Below are positions 60,857 to 64,000 of a stretch of DNA of 64,000 bases, piece by piece. Source of the DNA: Rhizaria sp. SCN 62-66. Taxonomy: Eukaryota. The stretch is taken from NCBI GenBank assembly GCA_001724265.1, contig MEDY01000189.1:1-64000 (forward strand), given 5' to 3'. The translations under genes and the position numbers were made by a program. Under the pieces are notes generated by a model. That model was not told the origin of the DNA. It worked only from the letters and a program-made list of their open reading frames with translations, and searched no databases. Positions within the stretch are counted from its first letter, which is position 1. Each line of letters begins with the position of its first letter.

Positions 60857-61340
60857 GGCGGCTCGGCTCTGGTTCGGGAGCTTTACTTAGTGCGGCAGAT
60901 TTGGATAAAGCTCTACGAAGCAGGTCGACCGTTACTAGCGCTAAAATTATAAAATCCAAATAAAAAATTAGCGTGTAAGTTAACTCATTCAATTATACGC
61001 AATAATACTACCTATGTATGCCACAATCCAACATCTACTAAAGTCGTACTTGACTCCGATTCGAACCGAAGAGTAAGGACCATGCGCCAACCACAAATCA
61101 CTCCCATTCACCTTCAAGTGCATCATTCTCATTCAAACATCACCCGACCAGGACAAAACAAAGTTAACAAGTTAAAAACCTTGTTATATACTATTTTACA
61201 TGATAAATAACAACGCAGCACCAACTACACATAAATATATCCTGAGACAGAGGCCCCTGCACCACCAGGCCCACTCACTCGACTGGGCACACGCGTTGCA
61301 CTCAAGCAATGCCTCGCTCCCCGGCGCGGGCGCCCCCAGC

Positions 61341-62960
61341 TCAAGCGATCCCGTGCGCCTTGAGCAAGGCGTCGACGGCGACGCGGACGTCTGCGAAGTC
61401 GTGCTTGGGCTGCTGCAGCGGGAGCGAGGAGCGCGGGATCGACCCCGTGCGCACGAAGACCGAGTCCCAGCGCGGGCCCGCTCTGTTGGCGCCCTCGATG
61501 TCCGCCGCGGGGTTGTCGCCGACGCCGTAGCAGCGCGCGACGGCGGCCCCGTGCGCGGCGGCCTGCGCGTCGAGCAGCGCGTCGGCGTGCGCGTAGGTCG
61601 CGGCTGTGGGCTTGCCGCAGACGACGGGATGCAGCGGCTCGCCTGTCACGCGCGCATAGAGGTACCCCAGCACCTCGGTAAAGGCGCCCTGCGCCAGCCG
61701 TGGGACGTCGAAGCGCGCCGAGTAGAGCAGGTCCGGGTTGGACAGGTAGAAAGGCGTGTGGCGCGGCGCGTAACCCCCCCGCAACGCCTGAGCGACCGTG
61801 TAGAGCTGCGACGGACCCAGGTGCGGCGCGCCGCAGTAGGGCGCAGAGGCGCGCTGCGCGCCCGCGGGCTCGTGCGCGGGGTCCTGCGGCAGCCCGAACC
61901 CGCTCGCGCCGCCGGTCGACGCGATCTCGGCCCCGGCCTCAGGGGCAGCAGAGGAGGCGAGGTTGGTGGTGCAGAGCTTGCTGTAGGTGTGCGAGGCGCC
62001 CTCACCGCCCGTGCACTTGCCCTTGTCCTTGCCTCTGCCACACTCACGCTCTGCGGCGCGCTCGGCGACGCGCTCGGGGCGGCCCGCGAGGAGCACGTCG
62101 AGGCAGACCTGGAGGTCGACGTACCAGTCGCGCGGGTCGTGGAGTACCAGCACCGCCTTGACCTCGCCCAGCAGCGCGCGCGCCTCGGCGACGGCGTCGC
62201 TGCCGTCCGCGCGGCGCCCGTCAGACGCGCGCGCCGTGGGGTAGTGCAGCGGGTCGAGCGAGGTGTGCGGGGACAGCAGCGAGCCGAATTGCGCGTGCAC
62301 GTCCGCCGGCGTGATCACGCGCGAGAAGCCGTACGCGCGCGCGACGGCCGCGCAGTCGCGCATGCCAACCACAAGCACCAGGTCCTCGCCGTGGCGCGCG
62401 GCGAGCGGGCGCAGCGGCGAGTGAGATAGCACCACCTGCTCGGGCGCCACGGGCAACGCGAAGAGCTCCGAGAGCTGCTGCGCCTTGACCGACTCGAGCA
62501 CGCCGCCACCGTTGGTCAGGTAGATGTGCGGCAAGCCCGCCGCAGCAACTGGGGCGGGGAGCACATATAGCAAGGAGGACAAGGTGGGGTCGTGTGATGT
62601 GAGTTAAAGCAAAGCAAAGCGACAACGATGCGAGTGTAGAGATGGGCGCGTTTATGAAGGGCAAGCGAGGCGAAGTGGAACTGATTAGATATGAGACACA
62701 AGGAAGAGTCTTATGGGAAAAGTACACGCGACACAATAAAAACAGATGTTAACTGTGAGATATTGAGCAAGGATACGCGTTCACGTACCTTTGTGGAGCG
62801 CTTCCTTGGCTCCCGGGATGGGGTTGCCACTCTTGAGAAGAACACCATCGATGTCGAAGGCAAAGGCGGGCAGCGCAGGCTTGGCAGCAGATGCAGCAGC
62901 CGAAGAAAACGCACGCACACCTAAAGAGGAAGCGACACGTGCAACAGCCTTACGAAGCAT
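61341..62960 (-). CDS. HAD-IIA hydrolase, CECR5/HDHD5-like, with mitochondrial presequence, 2 exons
   Basis: Exons 62960-62789 and 62548-61341; stop is TGA. MLRKAVARVASSLGVRAFSS presequence. Motifs FAFDIDGVL, LTNGGG, SHSP, SNPDL, PRLAQGAF, CGKP, GVGDNPAADIEGAN, VRTG. Confidence 0.92.
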
Positions 62961-63745
62961 GGCGTCGAGAGAGCGTTACAATCGCTTGTTCACATCAAAT
63001 TAGAGTCAGCCTTGAAAGGCATGACAGGGTTCGGGCCCAACGGGTAGATTGTACTGCTGAGTTCCTTCAACATTATTTGCGAGGCTTTGTGGTGACAAAG
63101 TACCACATGTCACAAAATATATTACCTCTACTTCGCTAACATATCTTTATTTTTATCATAGCCGCTTCATAGACCCTGTCTAGGGGTGCCTAAAGTGGAG
63201 CGCCAGAGCAAGTAGACACGAAGACGGACACCAGTCAGTCGGGCATGCGCTCTACAATCTGCCTTGTAAGAAACATCCCAATATACACTCTACACATAGC
63301 ACTGCGTTGCACAATTTTCACCCACTTATTCGTCTTAGAAAGTATACTGTGAAGCGAGATGCTTCCAAAAGCAAGTGGCAGGAGCACGGTGTCCGACTGC
63401 CCAGCGCAGAAAATTGCCAATCATAGGCTACCAAGACATAACATCTAACAAATGTGCATATAACAAGCACATATCTTAGACAGACACGCCCCCGCCCAGC
63501 TAATTACATTTGCTCAGGAGCAAGGGGATAAAGCCAAAGCGCGAGATACAGAGTGCAAAGATTGTTTTGGGTTCTGTTTTGGATTCGGGCACGGTTCTCA
63601 AAAAGTCCCGGCCTTCCCCGGCCCCCCACTATTGACGCCCACGGTCACTGCCCGGAGGCTGGAAGAAAGCCTCGCTCTCGCTCTGTCCCCGTTCACGACT
63701 CGTCCTCTCGAGGCGGAGCTTGCTTTTGTCCCAACTGCATCAAAA

Positions 63746-64000
63746 ATGGTACGTACTCAGTTTTAGTGTTGTTTGAATGATATATTCTGCAGTGTAGTAT
63801 TTCGTCGTTTGTTCGCGGGATCTATTTTGCTTTGTGCTGGGGCAGGGTATCGTTGTGTTTGTGGGCCCCAGAGAGCCCAGCGTCTTGGTGTTTGGCAGAG
63901 CTGTCGTCTAAAGCTCGTGCGTCCGCTTGCTCTCCGTGTGCTCATTGCTTTTCCTACGCCTTTTGTGATTGCTCCCCTATAGGTGAAGTACGCTAAGGTC
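63746..64000 (+). CDS. RPL17: 5' end of a gene, probably 60S ribosomal protein L17 (uL22); runs off the window
   Basis: AAAAATG followed directly by a GTACGT intron (63749-63982, ending CCCCTATAG), then GTG AAG TAC GCT AAG GTC = MVKYAKV. An ATG-only first coding exon and an MVKY start resemble RPL17, but only 7 residues are visible. Confidence 0.5.

Noticed and set aside
63590-63725. AAAAGTCCC resembling the RNase MRP/P CR-I motif
   Set aside because: No matching CR-V partner gives a clean P4 helix. The region is more simply the promoter/5' UTR of the next gene.

Overview
Gene-dense nuclear DNA from a unicellular eukaryote that cannot be named from this window alone. It has GC-rich exons encoding Ala/Ser/Gln/Asn low-complexity-padded proteins, AT-richer GT-AG introns of about 110-330 nt, and AT-richer intergenic spacers. 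I reconstructed 18 protein genes and 22 introns by hand; two genes are cut by the window edges. The genes are a NOL1/NOP2/Sun methyltransferase, a type I surface protein, two GOST/TMEM87-like membrane proteins, WDR83, cysteine synthase, a PqaA/AprA protein, phosphatidylserine synthase, a P-loop kinase-like protein, DENND6, an ArsB-type permease, RPAP2/Rtr1, a HAD-IIA hydrolase, a probable RPL17 start and several unknowns. Main discovery: the locus appears to use a non-standard genetic code in which UAG is a sense codon, most likely Gln, while UAA and UGA remain stops. Four in-frame TAGs interrupt three otherwise intact genes, two of them inside Gln-rich tracts. None of the 17 visible gene ends uses TAG (9 TAA, 8 TGA). 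Other signals: a dominant GTACG donor consensus, a 4 kb strand-asymmetric non-coding unit with clustered GTAAGT motifs, a secreted proprotein with an EA/DA spacer and poly-Arg peptide, and a PS synthase with an RS/H1-like tail.
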